This document shows, piece by piece, positions 20,111-30,011 of a stretch of 64,000 nucleotides of DNA (position 1 is its first letter; the number at the start of each line of letters is the position of its first letter). The translations under genes and the position numbers were made by a program. Origin of the DNA: Acidobacteriota bacterium (GTDB taxonomy: Bacteria > Acidobacteriota > CAIWXX01); NCBI GenBank assembly GCA_040755995.1, contig JBFMAF010000008.1, positions 192,001 to 256,000 of the forward strand, read 5' to 3'. The notes beneath the pieces were generated by a model, which saw nothing but the letters and a program-made list of their open reading frames with translations, was not told the DNA's origin and searched no databases.

Positions 20111-21144
20111 TTGCCTTCAACCTCGGCAATCAGGAACAGGTGGTGGCTCCTGGGCAGCGTGACGGCAAGCGTCGCCGCCGTCGAGGCGCTGCTGCTGGAT
20201 TCGCATAGCTGCTCGAAGCACGCCTTCAGACGCCCCTTGGCCACCGATCCATCGGGGGCGATCCGAAGTGCAGGATGGGGATCGGGCCCGATGCCCTTCG
20301 GGAGGTCCCGGCCGAAGCGCTGGAACGTCGCCCCGAAGCAATCTGCGTGAAGCGTCCAGCAGCACTCGCTGTCGAACACGTAGAACTGACCGTCCACGGC
20401 GGTGACCTCGGGTGGAGCAATGAATGGTCCGCCGAACCCGCGGAATCCGCCCGGGCGGGCTACCAGTGCCAGCTTCCGTCCCGCGGGTTTCACAAGGTCT
20501 GGGCGGGGCGTCCACCAGGGATCCTGAAGCGCCCGGGCCAGCGATGCCGCCGGCGCGGATGCTTCGATACCCAGCGCAGCGGACTGGAGGTGCGCGGGCA
20601 ACTCCTTCCATGTCCTCAGCGCGCTCGCCCGGTAGTGCGCCATCCCGCTGCACCAGGCCGCCACTTTGCCCGCATCGAGAAACTCCGACGTGCTGGTACA
20701 CAATGGTGCGATCGCCGTCATCCGATCGATCCAGTCGCGCGGCCGCGCGCCCGGCTCGTTCGACAGGTTGTACACGGCGTTGGAGATGAGGGCGATCACG
20801 AGCCGCGGGTTGTCGGCCACAAACGGCGCTGCGACGGGAAGTAGCCGGGACCATGCGACGGTCATCATGGGATATCGCGAATTCGATCCGAGGCAGTCGT
20901 GACCGAGGAGCTCCAGCGAGCCGTCGTAGAGCGCCGCCGCCACCTCATCGGCCTGATCTCCTCGCACACCGGCGCACGCACGCACGATCGGATCGACCAA
21001 CGATCTCAAGAGCCCCAGGAACTCCTCCGGGTCGAGGCGGCGGTTCAGGTGTCTCGCCTGGGCGAAGCGCCGGTTGAATTCGGCCCGGTTGCGATCGAGG
21101 GCCTCAGCGAACGGGCCTTCGATCCGCTCGCCCTTGCCATCCAC
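20107..21144 (-). CDS. Hypothetical protein (helical N-terminus, beta-rich C-terminus with GGFRGFGGPF)
   Basis: Lies between MoxR and VWA genes and is translationally coupled to the VWA gene. Confidence 0.75.
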   Translation of the reverse strand: MDGKGERIEGPFAEALDRNRAEFNRRFAQARHLNRRLDPEEFLGLLRSLVDPIVRACAGVRGDQADEVAAALYDGSLELLGHDCLGSNSRYPMMTVAWSRLLPVAAPFVADNPRLVIALISNAVYNLSNEPGARPRDWIDRMTAIAPLCTSTSEFLDAGKVAAWCSGMAHYRASALRTWKELPAHLQSAALGIEASAPAASLARALQDPWWTPRPDLVKPAGRKLALVARPGGFRGFGGPFIAPPEVTAVDGQFYVFDSECCWTLHADCFGATFQRFGRDLPKGIGPDPHPALRIAPDGSVAKGRLKACFEQLCESSSSASTAATLAVTLPRSHHLFLIAEVEGK

Positions 21145-21170
21145 AGCCCCGACTCCTCAAAGCGCACCAG

Positions 21171-21205
21171 TCAACTGACCACTGTCAACCGACAACTGAC
21201 AACTG
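21171..21205. repeat. Heptamer tandem repeat (consensus ACAACTG) x5
   Basis: tcaactg accactg tcaaccg acaactg acaactg. Confidence 0.75.
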
Positions 21206-21206
21206 C

Positions 21207-22802
21207 TCACCCCTTCCACTCCAGCCATTTCAGGTAGTTCGTGTACCGTTGATGGAAGTACTTGAGCTTCAGAATGTCGTCGAACATGTGCCCGTAGAAC
21301 TTCCGGCCCTTCGTCCATTCGCGCAGAGTCCGTTCGATCGAGACGAGCCGGTTCCGCACTTCCTTCTCCGAGAGTCCTTCGAGCCCTTGTTCGAACTGGG
21401 TCTCAAGGGTGGTGACCGGGTCGGTCTTGTCGAGGTTCAGCCGCTCGTACTCGCGGCACGAGGCGTCGAAGAGGGCGCGAATCCACGTGATGCGATCGAT
21501 GCGCAGGGCGCCGTTCTCCGGTTGTTCGAAGAACGGCGAGTCCGGGTTCTGTATGAGCTTGTCGTGGAGTACGAACGGCAGGATCTGCCGGATGTCTTCG
21601 AAGCAGACCTCGCGTGCGCCGCGCAGGTAGGCCATGGCTTTTACGAAGACGAGGCTCGTCATCAACGCGCGCACGGAGAGCCCGTTCTTGGTCTGGCTGC
21701 CGAGATCCGCGACCTGGTCCTTGCCGGTCTCTTCGCCCGCGAGCGTCTGGAAGTCCACGGCTGCCAGCTTCACGGTGTCCTTGGTCATGTACTCGACCTG
21801 TTTCGCCGCCGGCTCGAAGAACTCGAACTGGCTCGCAAAGAACTCGATGCGGCGCCGGAGCGGCGCCGGGAGCTGCACCTCCAGGACCTCCTTGTTCGCC
21901 CGATCCAGCTCCTGCTCTGTGAAGATGATCTGAGGCGGCACGACCTCCTCAGGGCGCACTCCCGCTTCGATTCTCAGGAGCAGCTCGTTGAGGAAGCGGG
22001 TGTTGAAGTGGAGCGCCTTGACGACCACGTCGATGCGGTCTCTGAGCGCCTCGATGACCTGGTAGGTGCCTCCGCCGACGTCATCGTTGGCGGTGAGGTA
22101 CCAAGCGCTCTCCGGGCATTCGAATATCTGGTCATAGATCTCCGCGTAGTTGTCGGCCATGACGGTCAGTAGCGCCGATTGAGTGCGCGTCGGGATGCGA
22201 TTGTACTCATCTATGATCTTGATCCGCATGCTCAGCCAGCGCCGCCATGCGATCTTGACCGCGTCCATCGATTCGGCGGTGACCAGTGTCGACGGCAGCG
22301 GATTGCCGAGCAGATCGGCGATGGTCATCTGCGGCTGGCCGTGCTGGATCGAACGCTTGATCTCGCGGAGCTTGTAGCCGGAGACGACACCCATGAGGAT
22401 GGCGACAGCGGTCTTGCCGCGGCCCGGGCCGCCGACAAGCAGGCAGCGGCGCCGCGCCGCAAGGTTCAACAGCGGAAGCAGCACGTAGCTCGAGTAGCTC
22501 TGGTCCGAGGGCAGGTTGAGCGTGACCTTGCGATCGCCGAATTGGAACTTCTGCGGCGGCGTGTCGTTGTACTCGATGTCGTAGAACGGACTGATGATGG
22601 CGTGGTTGGTGATCCAGAAGTAGGCCTGCCGGAGCTTCTCATCCAGAGGCTGACGGACCTCCTCTCGCGCACCGCCTGCGGCCAACGGGCCGGTGTAAAG
22701 CTCGGCCACGTCGAACTGCTTCGGGCCCGGAGCCGCCGCCGGCTTGGTCGGTGCCTCGGAGACCTGCTGGAAATGTTTGAGATCTTTCATGGGCTGCTCC
22801 AT
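21207..22802 (-). CDS. MoxR-like AAA+ ATPase
   Basis: Walker A GGPGRGKT, Walker B IIDEYNR, 'TAN', Arg finger 'EALRDR', 'SVRA'. Confidence 0.88.
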   Translation of the reverse strand: MEQPMKDLKHFQQVSEAPTKPAAAPGPKQFDVAELYTGPLAAGGAREEVRQPLDEKLRQAYFWITNHAIISPFYDIEYNDTPPQKFQFGDRKVTLNLPSDQSYSSYVLLPLLNLAARRRCLLVGGPGRGKTAVAILMGVVSGYKLREIKRSIQHGQPQMTIADLLGNPLPSTLVTAESMDAVKIAWRRWLSMRIKIIDEYNRIPTRTQSALLTVMADNYAEIYDQIFECPESAWYLTANDDVGGGTYQVIEALRDRIDVVVKALHFNTRFLNELLLRIEAGVRPEEVVPPQIIFTEQELDRANKEVLEVQLPAPLRRRIEFFASQFEFFEPAAKQVEYMTKDTVKLAAVDFQTLAGEETGKDQVADLGSQTKNGLSVRALMTSLVFVKAMAYLRGAREVCFEDIRQILPFVLHDKLIQNPDSPFFEQPENGALRIDRITWIRALFDASCREYERLNLDKTDPVTTLETQFEQGLEGLSEKEVRNRLVSIERTLREWTKGRKFYGHMFDDILKLKYFHQRYTNYLKWLEWKG

Positions 22803-23091
22803 CTACGCCACCGCCCGCGTGTCTTCCGTTTGTCTGCACTCCCGCGGGCACCTCATCTCAGGATAACACACCGATCCGGCCAGCGCGAACCCCGGAACGC
22901 TGAATTCCTTCCTGGTGCACTGACTGGATCACTCGCCTCCGGGCCAGGGCCGGGCTTCGCCGTGGAGCACTCGAGCACTACCGGGTGTTCCCTCCCCGCC
23001 GTGACAGTGGAGCCCCACACACTCGGTGGATGCACCCCGCAACGACCCCTGGCTTGCGTAGCTACAAATCAATAGTTATAGTACTTGTGCG

Positions 23092-23397
23092 ATGGTCGTG
23101 TTTGAATGGGATCCGAGCAAGTCGCGCATCAACAGACGAAAACACGGCATCAGCTTCGATATGTCACGGCGCGTGTTCGAGGATCCAGATGCGCTCAGCG
23201 TGCACGATCGAATCGAGGATGGCGAACGGCGATGGCGGACGTTGGGGATGGTGGGAGGCGTCTTGCTCGTGTTGGTCGCGCATTCAGTGAGGCAGGAGGG
23301 CGACGATGAGGTCATTCGGGTCATCTCAGCGCGCCGCGCGGATCGCAAGGAGAGGAGACGGTATGAGGAAGCACGTCAAGTCCGTTGCACGCGTTAG
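23092..23397 (+). CDS. brnT: BrnT-family toxin
   Basis: 'FEWDPSKSRINRRKHGISF', 'GERRWRTLG', 'IRVISARRA'. Confidence 0.9.
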   Translation: MVVFEWDPSKSRINRRKHGISFDMSRRVFEDPDALSVHDRIEDGERRWRTLGMVGGVLLVLVAHSVRQEGDDEVIRVISARRADRKERRRYEEARQVRCTR

Positions 23398-23686
23398 ACC
23401 CTTGACGGCGAAGCAGTGCCGAGAGATAGCTGCCCTGGCCGCGCGGCCAGACAGTGAGATCGATTACACGGACATCCCGCGGCTCCCTGAGGCTGTGTGG
23501 AAGAACGCTGTCAAGAATCCCTGGTACCGGCCACTCAAGCAGCAGTTGACCGTCAGACTGGATGCTGATGTCGTCGGCTGGCTGCGAGCCCGGGGCAGGG
23601 GATACCAGACCAGGATGAACGCGCTGCTCCGAGACGCGATGCTCAAAGAACTCGCCAAGCGCGGTACCTCCAACCGAAGATCGTGA
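23363..23686 (+). CDS. brnA: BrnA-family antitoxin
   Basis: 'IDYTDIP', 'KQQLTVRLDADVVGWLR..GRGYQTRMNALLR'; overlaps brnT. Confidence 0.9.
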   Translation: MRKHVKSVARVRPLTAKQCREIAALAARPDSEIDYTDIPRLPEAVWKNAVKNPWYRPLKQQLTVRLDADVVGWLRARGRGYQTRMNALLRDAMLKELAKRGTSNRRS

Positions 23687-23800
23687 GCTCCTGGACGAGC
23701 TGAGCCGCGAAATCAGCCAGCAGCGACCACGGGCGATTGCCGCTAGCGGCCTCGTGAGTGATAGACTTCGGTTGATCGAGAGTGGAGGAGGCGAGGCGCG

Positions 23801-24670
23801 TTGGCGATTCGGGCGAACATCAACGGCAGGATGTGCACCGAGGCGGAGGCGGTCGTTTCCGTATTCGACCACGGGTTTCTGTACGGAGAGGGCGTGTACG
23901 AGACGCTGAGAACGTACCGCCGCAAGCCGTTCCTCTTCGACCGCCACCTTCGCCGCCTGCGGGCGTCGGCGTCGATGATCGATCTGGACGTGCCGCTCAC
24001 GGGCGATTGCCTGTTGGCGCGCATGGAAGAAACGGCGGCGGACCTGAACGCGGAGGGGGAGATCTACTTCAGGATCCTCTTGACGCGCGGGCCCGGCGAT
24101 TTCTGTTACGACCTCAACGCCTGTCCCGAGCCGACGCTGGTCATCATAGCCAGGCCGTTCGCCCCGCCGCCCGAGGAGGTCTATGCGCGCGGGATCCGGG
24201 TGTCAGTGGTGTCGACCACGCGGAGCTATCCGAACTCGATCAATCCGCTGATCAAGTCGAACAACCTGCTCCCAAACGCGCTCGCCATGCGCGAGGCGCG
24301 CAAGCGAGGCGCCTATGAGGGGGTCATGGTCAACTTCCGCGGCGAGATCACCGAGTGCTCCCAGTCGAACTTCTTCGTAGTGGAGCAGGGACAGGTGCTG
24401 ACGCCGCCGCTTGAAAGCGGCCTGCTCGCCGGCATCACCCGCGAGCTCGTTCTCGAGATCAGCGCCGAAGCGCAGCTGTCGACTCGCGAGTGCGTGCTCC
24501 GGGTCCGCGATCTGCTCGACGCCGACGAGGCGTTTCTGACCAGCACGACGCGAGAGGTCGTGCCAATCGTGCGCGTGGATGGACACGTGATCGGGTCGGG
24601 GCAGCCGGGTCCGATTACACGAATGTTGCTCGATCGTTTCCGAACGAAGGCGCTGGAGCTCAGCAGTTGA
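23801..24670 (+). CDS. PLP-dependent class IV aminotransferase (IlvE/Dat/PabC family)
   Basis: 'DHGFLYGEGVYET', 'IKSNN', 'ECSQSNFF', 'LAGITR', 'EAFLTST'. Confidence 0.9.
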   Translation: MAIRANINGRMCTEAEAVVSVFDHGFLYGEGVYETLRTYRRKPFLFDRHLRRLRASASMIDLDVPLTGDCLLARMEETAADLNAEGEIYFRILLTRGPGDFCYDLNACPEPTLVIIARPFAPPPEEVYARGIRVSVVSTTRSYPNSINPLIKSNNLLPNALAMREARKRGAYEGVMVNFRGEITECSQSNFFVVEQGQVLTPPLESGLLAGITRELVLEISAEAQLSTRECVLRVRDLLDADEAFLTSTTREVVPIVRVDGHVIGSGQPGPITRMLLDRFRTKALELSS

Positions 24671-24693
24671 CCTCGCTGTAGCGGAGATTGCAC

Positions 24694-25776
24694 ATGAAGT
24701 GGGTTGACATCCTATTCAACGGAAACCGCACCATCGATTGCGCCGTGGCCCTCGGCGTCGCCGTGGGTTTCATGTCGCTGCTGTTTCTTTTCAAGCGCCT
24801 CGTAGTCCATCAATTGGCGGCGCACGCCAGGAAGACGCAGACGCGGGTCGACGACATCCTGATGGACGTTCTCGGTCGCACCAGACCGTGGCTGCTCCTT
24901 CCGCTGGCGCTGCACATCGGGGCGCAGGCGCTGGCGCTGCCGCCGAAGGTCGAGTATCTTCTGGCCAAGCTCACCGTGATTGCGCTGTTGATCCAGGCAG
25001 CCATCTGGCTCAACCGGGCCGTGGTGAACTGGCTTACCCATGCCGTCAGCGCGACACGCGAGCAGGACGCGGCGGACAAGACGACTCTGGCGATTCTCGG
25101 CTTTGTGGCTCGCACGGCGCTGTGGAGCACAGCGTTGCTGCTGGCACTGGACAACCTCGGTTTCGATATAACGGCGCTGCTCACGGGCCTCGGTATCGGC
25201 GGGATTGCCGTGGCCCTGGCCGCACAGAACATACTCGGTGACCTCTTCGCATCCCTCTCGATCGCCCTGGACAAACCCTTCGTCATCGGTGATTTCATCA
25301 TCGTCGACGATATCCAGGGGACGGTCGAGCACGTCGGCCTGAAGACGACGCACATCCGGAGCCTCGGCGGCGAACGGATCGTTGTCAGCAACACGGACCT
25401 TCTCAAGAGCCGCATCCGAAACTACAAGGATATGAAGGAGAGGCGCGTGCTCTTCACCTTCGGCCTCACCTACCAGACACCGGCCGACAAAATCGACAGG
25501 ATATCGGCATGGGTGCGAGAGATCATCGATGCTCAACCGAAGGCACGCTGCGATCGCGCACATTTCAAGGAATACGCGGATTCGGCGCTCAGCTTCGAGA
25601 TCGTCTACTTCGTCCTCGATCCAGACTACACGGCGTACATGGATCTACAGCAGAAGATCAACATCGCCCTGTTCCGGCGTTTTCAGGAAGAGGGCGTCGA
25701 GTTCGCGTACCCGACGCGCACCGTGTACGTGGCGCCAACGGGGCCGACATCGCCGCCGGAGGCGGGCAATCGATGA
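24694..25776 (+). CDS. MscS-family mechanosensitive channel
   Basis: 'GLGIGGIAVALAAQNILGDLFAS', 'KPFVIGDFI', 'FAYPTRT'. Confidence 0.92.
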   Translation: MKWVDILFNGNRTIDCAVALGVAVGFMSLLFLFKRLVVHQLAAHARKTQTRVDDILMDVLGRTRPWLLLPLALHIGAQALALPPKVEYLLAKLTVIALLIQAAIWLNRAVVNWLTHAVSATREQDAADKTTLAILGFVARTALWSTALLLALDNLGFDITALLTGLGIGGIAVALAAQNILGDLFASLSIALDKPFVIGDFIIVDDIQGTVEHVGLKTTHIRSLGGERIVVSNTDLLKSRIRNYKDMKERRVLFTFGLTYQTPADKIDRISAWVREIIDAQPKARCDRAHFKEYADSALSFEIVYFVLDPDYTAYMDLQQKINIALFRRFQEEGVEFAYPTRTVYVAPTGPTSPPEAGNR

Positions 25777-25786
25777 TCGAACCCTC

Positions 25787-25814
25787 GTAGGGGCACGGCG
25801 CGCCGTGCCCCTGC
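25787..25814. repeat. REP-like palindrome beginning GTAG, between convergent genes
   Basis: GTAGGGGCACGGCG-CGCCGTGCCCCTGC, containing a perfect 24-bp palindrome. Confidence 0.65.
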
Positions 25815-25842
25815 TACCGCGCGCACGCGCGTGGCAGACGCG

Positions 25843-26901
25843 TCACGACGCGTATACGAGGCGGCCGGAAGAGGCGAGCTCGTGCCAGCAGCGGCGGTCG
25901 GGATCGAAGATCGCCCAGATGAAGCCCGCCCCCACAACTCCCAGCGACAACAACGAGACGACGGAAAATAGGGCTGCTTTCAATGCGCCGTGATGCCCGT
26001 TGGTCGAGAAGCGCATGCCGAAGAGTGCCAAGCCCGGCGTTACGCCGACTGAAGGGAGGAAGAAGAGGTCGTACATGGTGTGAAACACCACGAACAGAAG
26101 AGCGAACGCCAGCCAGTTTTCCGCAAGCATGCTCGAGAGCCGCTGATCGAGCACCTTCTGCGCGCTGAACACTGCGACGATCCACGGAATGGCGACCACC
26201 AGCGTATCGCAGAGAGCGGCCAGGGCCTTGATGCCGGTGGTAGGCTCGCCCGTCTCTTCTGCCCGCTCTTCAAGCAGCTCGGGCGTGAACAGCGGTTGCT
26301 GGTCGAGCTTCTTGACCCTCTCAGCCCCTGCTTTGCCCTTCTCGACCGGCGGTCTCTGAGCCAACGGCGGCGGAGGTCCCATCGACAGAGTAGGCTCACG
26401 CGGACCGGCTACCTCAGCGGCCACCGCCTGCTCATGGGGCTCCGCCGCGGGCGCGGCGCCCTTCGCCATCTGCGGCGTCTTCTCGACCTTCGGGTGGTGC
26501 CGTATGGCCGGCGGGGGGACGGCAGCCGCCTTTTCCCGGCGAGCCTGAACCTTCTTCTTGATGTCGCTCTTCCACACCTCGGCAGGCACCGGCACTACCT
26601 CGGGCGGAGGCGCCTCTTCGATCTTCACCTCGGGCCCCGGGGGCGGGTGCACATCCACTGGCACCGGCTGCGCACCCGCAGGCTGCGGTTCTACACTCAC
26701 CGGCGTCGGAATCGCATCCTCCCTGAGAGGCAACTCCTGCACAGCCGGCGCAGGTGGAACGGCTTTGCGAAGCGTAACCGATTCGGCACCCGCCGGCGCC
26801 GCCGCCGCCTCGGGGGGCGGCTCCTTGTGGAGCAGGCTACCGCACTTCTTGCACTTCTCGGTTTCGGTGAAGCTGACGTAGCCGCAATTAGGACACTTCA
26901 T
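25843..26901 (-). CDS. Zinc-ribbon / Pro-rich linker / RDD-domain membrane protein
   Basis: N-terminal CPNC..CKKC; C-terminal TM segments with 'TPG', 'WAIFD..RRCWHE'. Confidence 0.8.
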   Translation of the reverse strand: MKCPNCGYVSFTETEKCKKCGSLLHKEPPPEAAAAPAGAESVTLRKAVPPAPAVQELPLREDAIPTPVSVEPQPAGAQPVPVDVHPPPGPEVKIEEAPPPEVVPVPAEVWKSDIKKKVQARREKAAAVPPPAIRHHPKVEKTPQMAKGAAPAAEPHEQAVAAEVAGPREPTLSMGPPPPLAQRPPVEKGKAGAERVKKLDQQPLFTPELLEERAEETGEPTTGIKALAALCDTLVVAIPWIVAVFSAQKVLDQRLSSMLAENWLAFALLFVVFHTMYDLFFLPSVGVTPGLALFGMRFSTNGHHGALKAALFSVVSLLSLGVVGAGFIWAIFDPDRRCWHELASSGRLVYAS

Positions 26902-26909
26902 TTAGCCGC

Positions 26910-28973
26910 TTACTCTCTGAGTCGCTGGAACTTGATGTAGACCTGCAAGCTGCGATCGGCGGGCTGGTCCTTGTATCGCCTGATCACGGCCAGCTGGCGG
27001 AGGATCTCCTCGTCCTCCGGCCTTCCTTCCAGCGCCTTTCGGAAATTCAGGTCGGCTTGCGCAAGATTCAGCTCCCTCATCGCGATGATGCCGATGTTGT
27101 AGTAAGCCTTGGACAGCAGAGTGCGCGCATCCTGATTGCCCGGCTCGATTTCGATCACACGCGAGAAGCTCTGTACGGCTCTCTCGAAATTCGCGGAGGA
27201 GAAACTGGTCCTGCCTTCGGCCATGTACTTGCGAGCTTCGGCCGAGGGCGCGGGAGCAGCCGGTTTCTGGGACGGTTCGGCGGCAGGCGTCTGCGCCGCT
27301 TGCGGAGCAGACGGCTCCTCAAGGAGCCTTCGCTGTGCCTCTGCGATCGCGGCCGCCGCCTTCGGATACAATGGCGAATCCGACGGAATCTTCTGCAGGT
27401 AGTAGATGCCATCCAGGTACTGGCTGTTGTCGAGGAGGCGCTGGCCCTGCAGCATGTATGCCTCATCACCCTTCGGCACAGGCAGCGCCTCGGAAGTCGA
27501 TGTGTCCCCTTCTCCCGTCGAATCCAGGCCGGCGCTGAATGAGCTGAAGATACTGTCGCGGTAAAGGAAGAGGATCGCAGCCAGAGCGAGGCCGACGCCG
27601 AAAACGGCGGCGGACACGATTAGGAAATACCGCCTGCCAGCCTTGGCCGGAGGTCCGACTCTAGCCACCACCTCCTCGATCTTCTTCGGAGGCGGTGTGA
27701 CGGGAGCCGAGGGCGCCGCGATCATTGCGGGCGCAGGCGCCGCAGCGGGCGCCGCCACCGGCGCGGGAACCTCTTCTACCGGTTCCAGCTCGAGTTCTTC
27801 GACAACAGGTTCCTCGGACGGCAGGCTGCTCTCGAGTTCCCTGACCATCGCGATCGCCCCGGTATGCTCCGGGTCGACCTCTACAGCCTTCTTCGCCTCG
27901 TTGAACGCCAGGACGATATTGCCTCCGCGGCGATGCTCCTGCGCGTACTCATAGTGTCGCTCGGCCTTCTCGCGGCGCTTCGCCGACTGCACTGCCCGCG
28001 AGAGGGAGACCGCCTGGCTATTACCCGGTTGCAGTGACAGAGCCTCTTGAACCTTCGCCGAAGCCCTGTCCCAATCCTGATCCTGCACCGCGAGGCGCGC
28101 CTCCGAAAGGATCCCATCGATTCGCGCCCGCATCTGCTCCTGCTCGATCTCATACCTCAGCTGCTCGCTCATCGCGCGGGCTTCGGCGTGATCGGGGAGG
28201 CGCGCCAGGAGCCCAGCCAGGCATCCCATCGCTTCCTGTCTGAGTCCCTTCGACTGCAGGTCGCGCGCGCGGTGGAGCGTCTCGTTGAGCTCGCGTTGCT
28301 GCTCTTCCAGGGCCCTGCGCGCTCGAGCGATGGCCTCACGGCCGGCCTCGTGCGCATCATCCACCACCAGGATGCGACCCCAGACGTTGATGGCCTCCTG
28401 GTAGTTGCCCTCGTCGAAGTTCCTCTGCCCCTCGCTGATGAGGCGGCCGAGCATCTCCTGCTGCTCGGGTGTGTACCGCGGCGCGGGCCTGGCGGCGTCA
28501 CAACGTGCCAGCAGAGCGTCGAGGTCCGGGTTGCCCGGATCGACCGATTCAATCTTCATCCATTCGTCGCGCGCGGCGGCGATGTCGCCCTGCGCGAAAT
28601 ACTCCTCCCCCTTCTGCAACAGCTCTCTGACGAAGGGCTCGGAATCCACTCTCTGTTGCGAGACGTGCAAAATCTCCGAGGCACGCGCGAAGTCGGGGTC
28701 GAGATCGAGAATCATCTTTGAGGCGGAGATGGCCTTCGCGTAGTCCCTGATTTCGAGGGCCAGTTCGGCCTCTTTCATGTGTTCCTGAATGAAGGGTTCG
28801 GCATCCAGCTTGTCGGCCGCGCGAGCACGTAGGGTCTCCGCCTCGGTGAGGAATGGGTTTTCCTTGAGAAGGGTCGTGGCCCTCTCGATGACCTCCGCGA
28901 ATTCCCTTTCGTCGAAGAGCCGGCGCAGGTCCGCGATGCCATCCGGTGCGGCCAGAAAAGGATTCTCTTCCAT
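26910..28973 (-). CDS. Multi-TPR protein with one internal TM helix
   Basis: TPR-like helical repeats on both sides of 'YFLIVSAAVFGVGLALAAILFLY'. Confidence 0.8.
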   Translation of the reverse strand: MEENPFLAAPDGIADLRRLFDEREFAEVIERATTLLKENPFLTEAETLRARAADKLDAEPFIQEHMKEAELALEIRDYAKAISASKMILDLDPDFARASEILHVSQQRVDSEPFVRELLQKGEEYFAQGDIAAARDEWMKIESVDPGNPDLDALLARCDAARPAPRYTPEQQEMLGRLISEGQRNFDEGNYQEAINVWGRILVVDDAHEAGREAIARARRALEEQQRELNETLHRARDLQSKGLRQEAMGCLAGLLARLPDHAEARAMSEQLRYEIEQEQMRARIDGILSEARLAVQDQDWDRASAKVQEALSLQPGNSQAVSLSRAVQSAKRREKAERHYEYAQEHRRGGNIVLAFNEAKKAVEVDPEHTGAIAMVRELESSLPSEEPVVEELELEPVEEVPAPVAAPAAAPAPAMIAAPSAPVTPPPKKIEEVVARVGPPAKAGRRYFLIVSAAVFGVGLALAAILFLYRDSIFSSFSAGLDSTGEGDTSTSEALPVPKGDEAYMLQGQRLLDNSQYLDGIYYLQKIPSDSPLYPKAAAAIAEAQRRLLEEPSAPQAAQTPAAEPSQKPAAPAPSAEARKYMAEGRTSFSSANFERAVQSFSRVIEIEPGNQDARTLLSKAYYNIGIIAMRELNLAQADLNFRKALEGRPEDEEILRQLAVIRRYKDQPADRSLQVYIKFQRLRE

Positions 28974-29148
28974 AGATTCTCAGAAAAGTATCAGTTGACT
29001 TTAGCAAAAAGCGGCGGCTTTGGTCAAATCGCCGACTCGCCTCGGTGCGGGGGACACAGAGCGTGGCTCCATGTTTGACCCTGGTGTGACCGAGGCGCTA
29101 GAATATGGGCGTTGCAGGCAAGACTGGCGCAGAGAAGGGGTTCTTTCC

Positions 29149-29862
29149 ATGGCCACGCAGAGAGCAGCGATCTTGCACCGAGTCGACTACCCGGATTCTG
29201 ACGGGAAGCCGATGGGGGAGTCAGACGTTCATCGCGATGAGATGATCGGTGCCATCGAGGCTCTGAAGGATCACTTTCGCGACCATGCTGAGGTATATGT
29301 TGCCGGAGACCTGCTGCTCTATTACGAGGAAGGGGACCCGGCGGCGGTCGTGGTCCCGGACGTGATGGTCGTCAGAGGCGTAGCGAAACGGTTGAGGAGG
29401 AGCTACAAGCTCTGGGAAGAGCAGCACGGGCCAGAGCTGGTGATTGAGATATCGTCACGCTCGACGCGACTGGAGGATCTCGGAACGAAACGGGCGTTGT
29501 ACGAGATGCTCGGAGTGCAGGAGTACTTACTGTTCGACCCGCTGGAGGAGTATCTGAAGCCATCTTTCCAGGGTTTCATCCTGGCCGGAGGGCGGTATGT
29601 GCCGTTAGCGCCCGAGGCGGATGGAAGCTTCCTCAGCGGTGCGCTCGGGCTGCGATTCCGCCGGGAGGGCTCCCATCTTCGAATCATCGACGCTGCCACC
29701 GGCGAACCTCTTTCGACACCGTCTGAGGCCATGAAGAGGGCGCGGGCTGAGGCGGAGGCTCGTGCACACGCAGACGAGCGGGCGGCGCGGGCCGAGGCGG
29801 AGCTGGAGCGGTTGCGGGCGTTGCTCGGCGGCTCCGCCGCGAAAGACGAGCAGAAGAGATAG
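29149..29862 (+). CDS. Uma2-family endonuclease-like protein with coiled-coil tail
   Basis: 'YPDSDGKPMGES', 'VPDVMVV', 'ELVIEISS', 'GVQEYLLFDP'. Confidence 0.88.
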   Translation: MATQRAAILHRVDYPDSDGKPMGESDVHRDEMIGAIEALKDHFRDHAEVYVAGDLLLYYEEGDPAAVVVPDVMVVRGVAKRLRRSYKLWEEQHGPELVIEISSRSTRLEDLGTKRALYEMLGVQEYLLFDPLEEYLKPSFQGFILAGGRYVPLAPEADGSFLSGALGLRFRREGSHLRIIDAATGEPLSTPSEAMKRARAEAEARAHADERAARAEAELERLRALLGGSAAKDEQKR

Positions 29863-30011
29863 TCGCGTCGATCACGCCCAGCGGCGACAAGCCGGTGTCG
29901 GCGTGCAGAAATGTGCATTTTGTCACACATCCAGGCCGCTTCGGCCCACGCACGCGATACGCCACTTGCAGGCTGAGGCGGTATGGGATATTTAAGGAGA
30001 ATGAGCGGGGG

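Noticed and set aside
15498..23686. Prophage or integrative element
   Set aside because: No integrase, transposase, att repeats or phage structural genes were seen.
29149..29862. Uma2 protein as a defence system
   Set aside because: Standalone member of a common, often expanded family with no partner genes.
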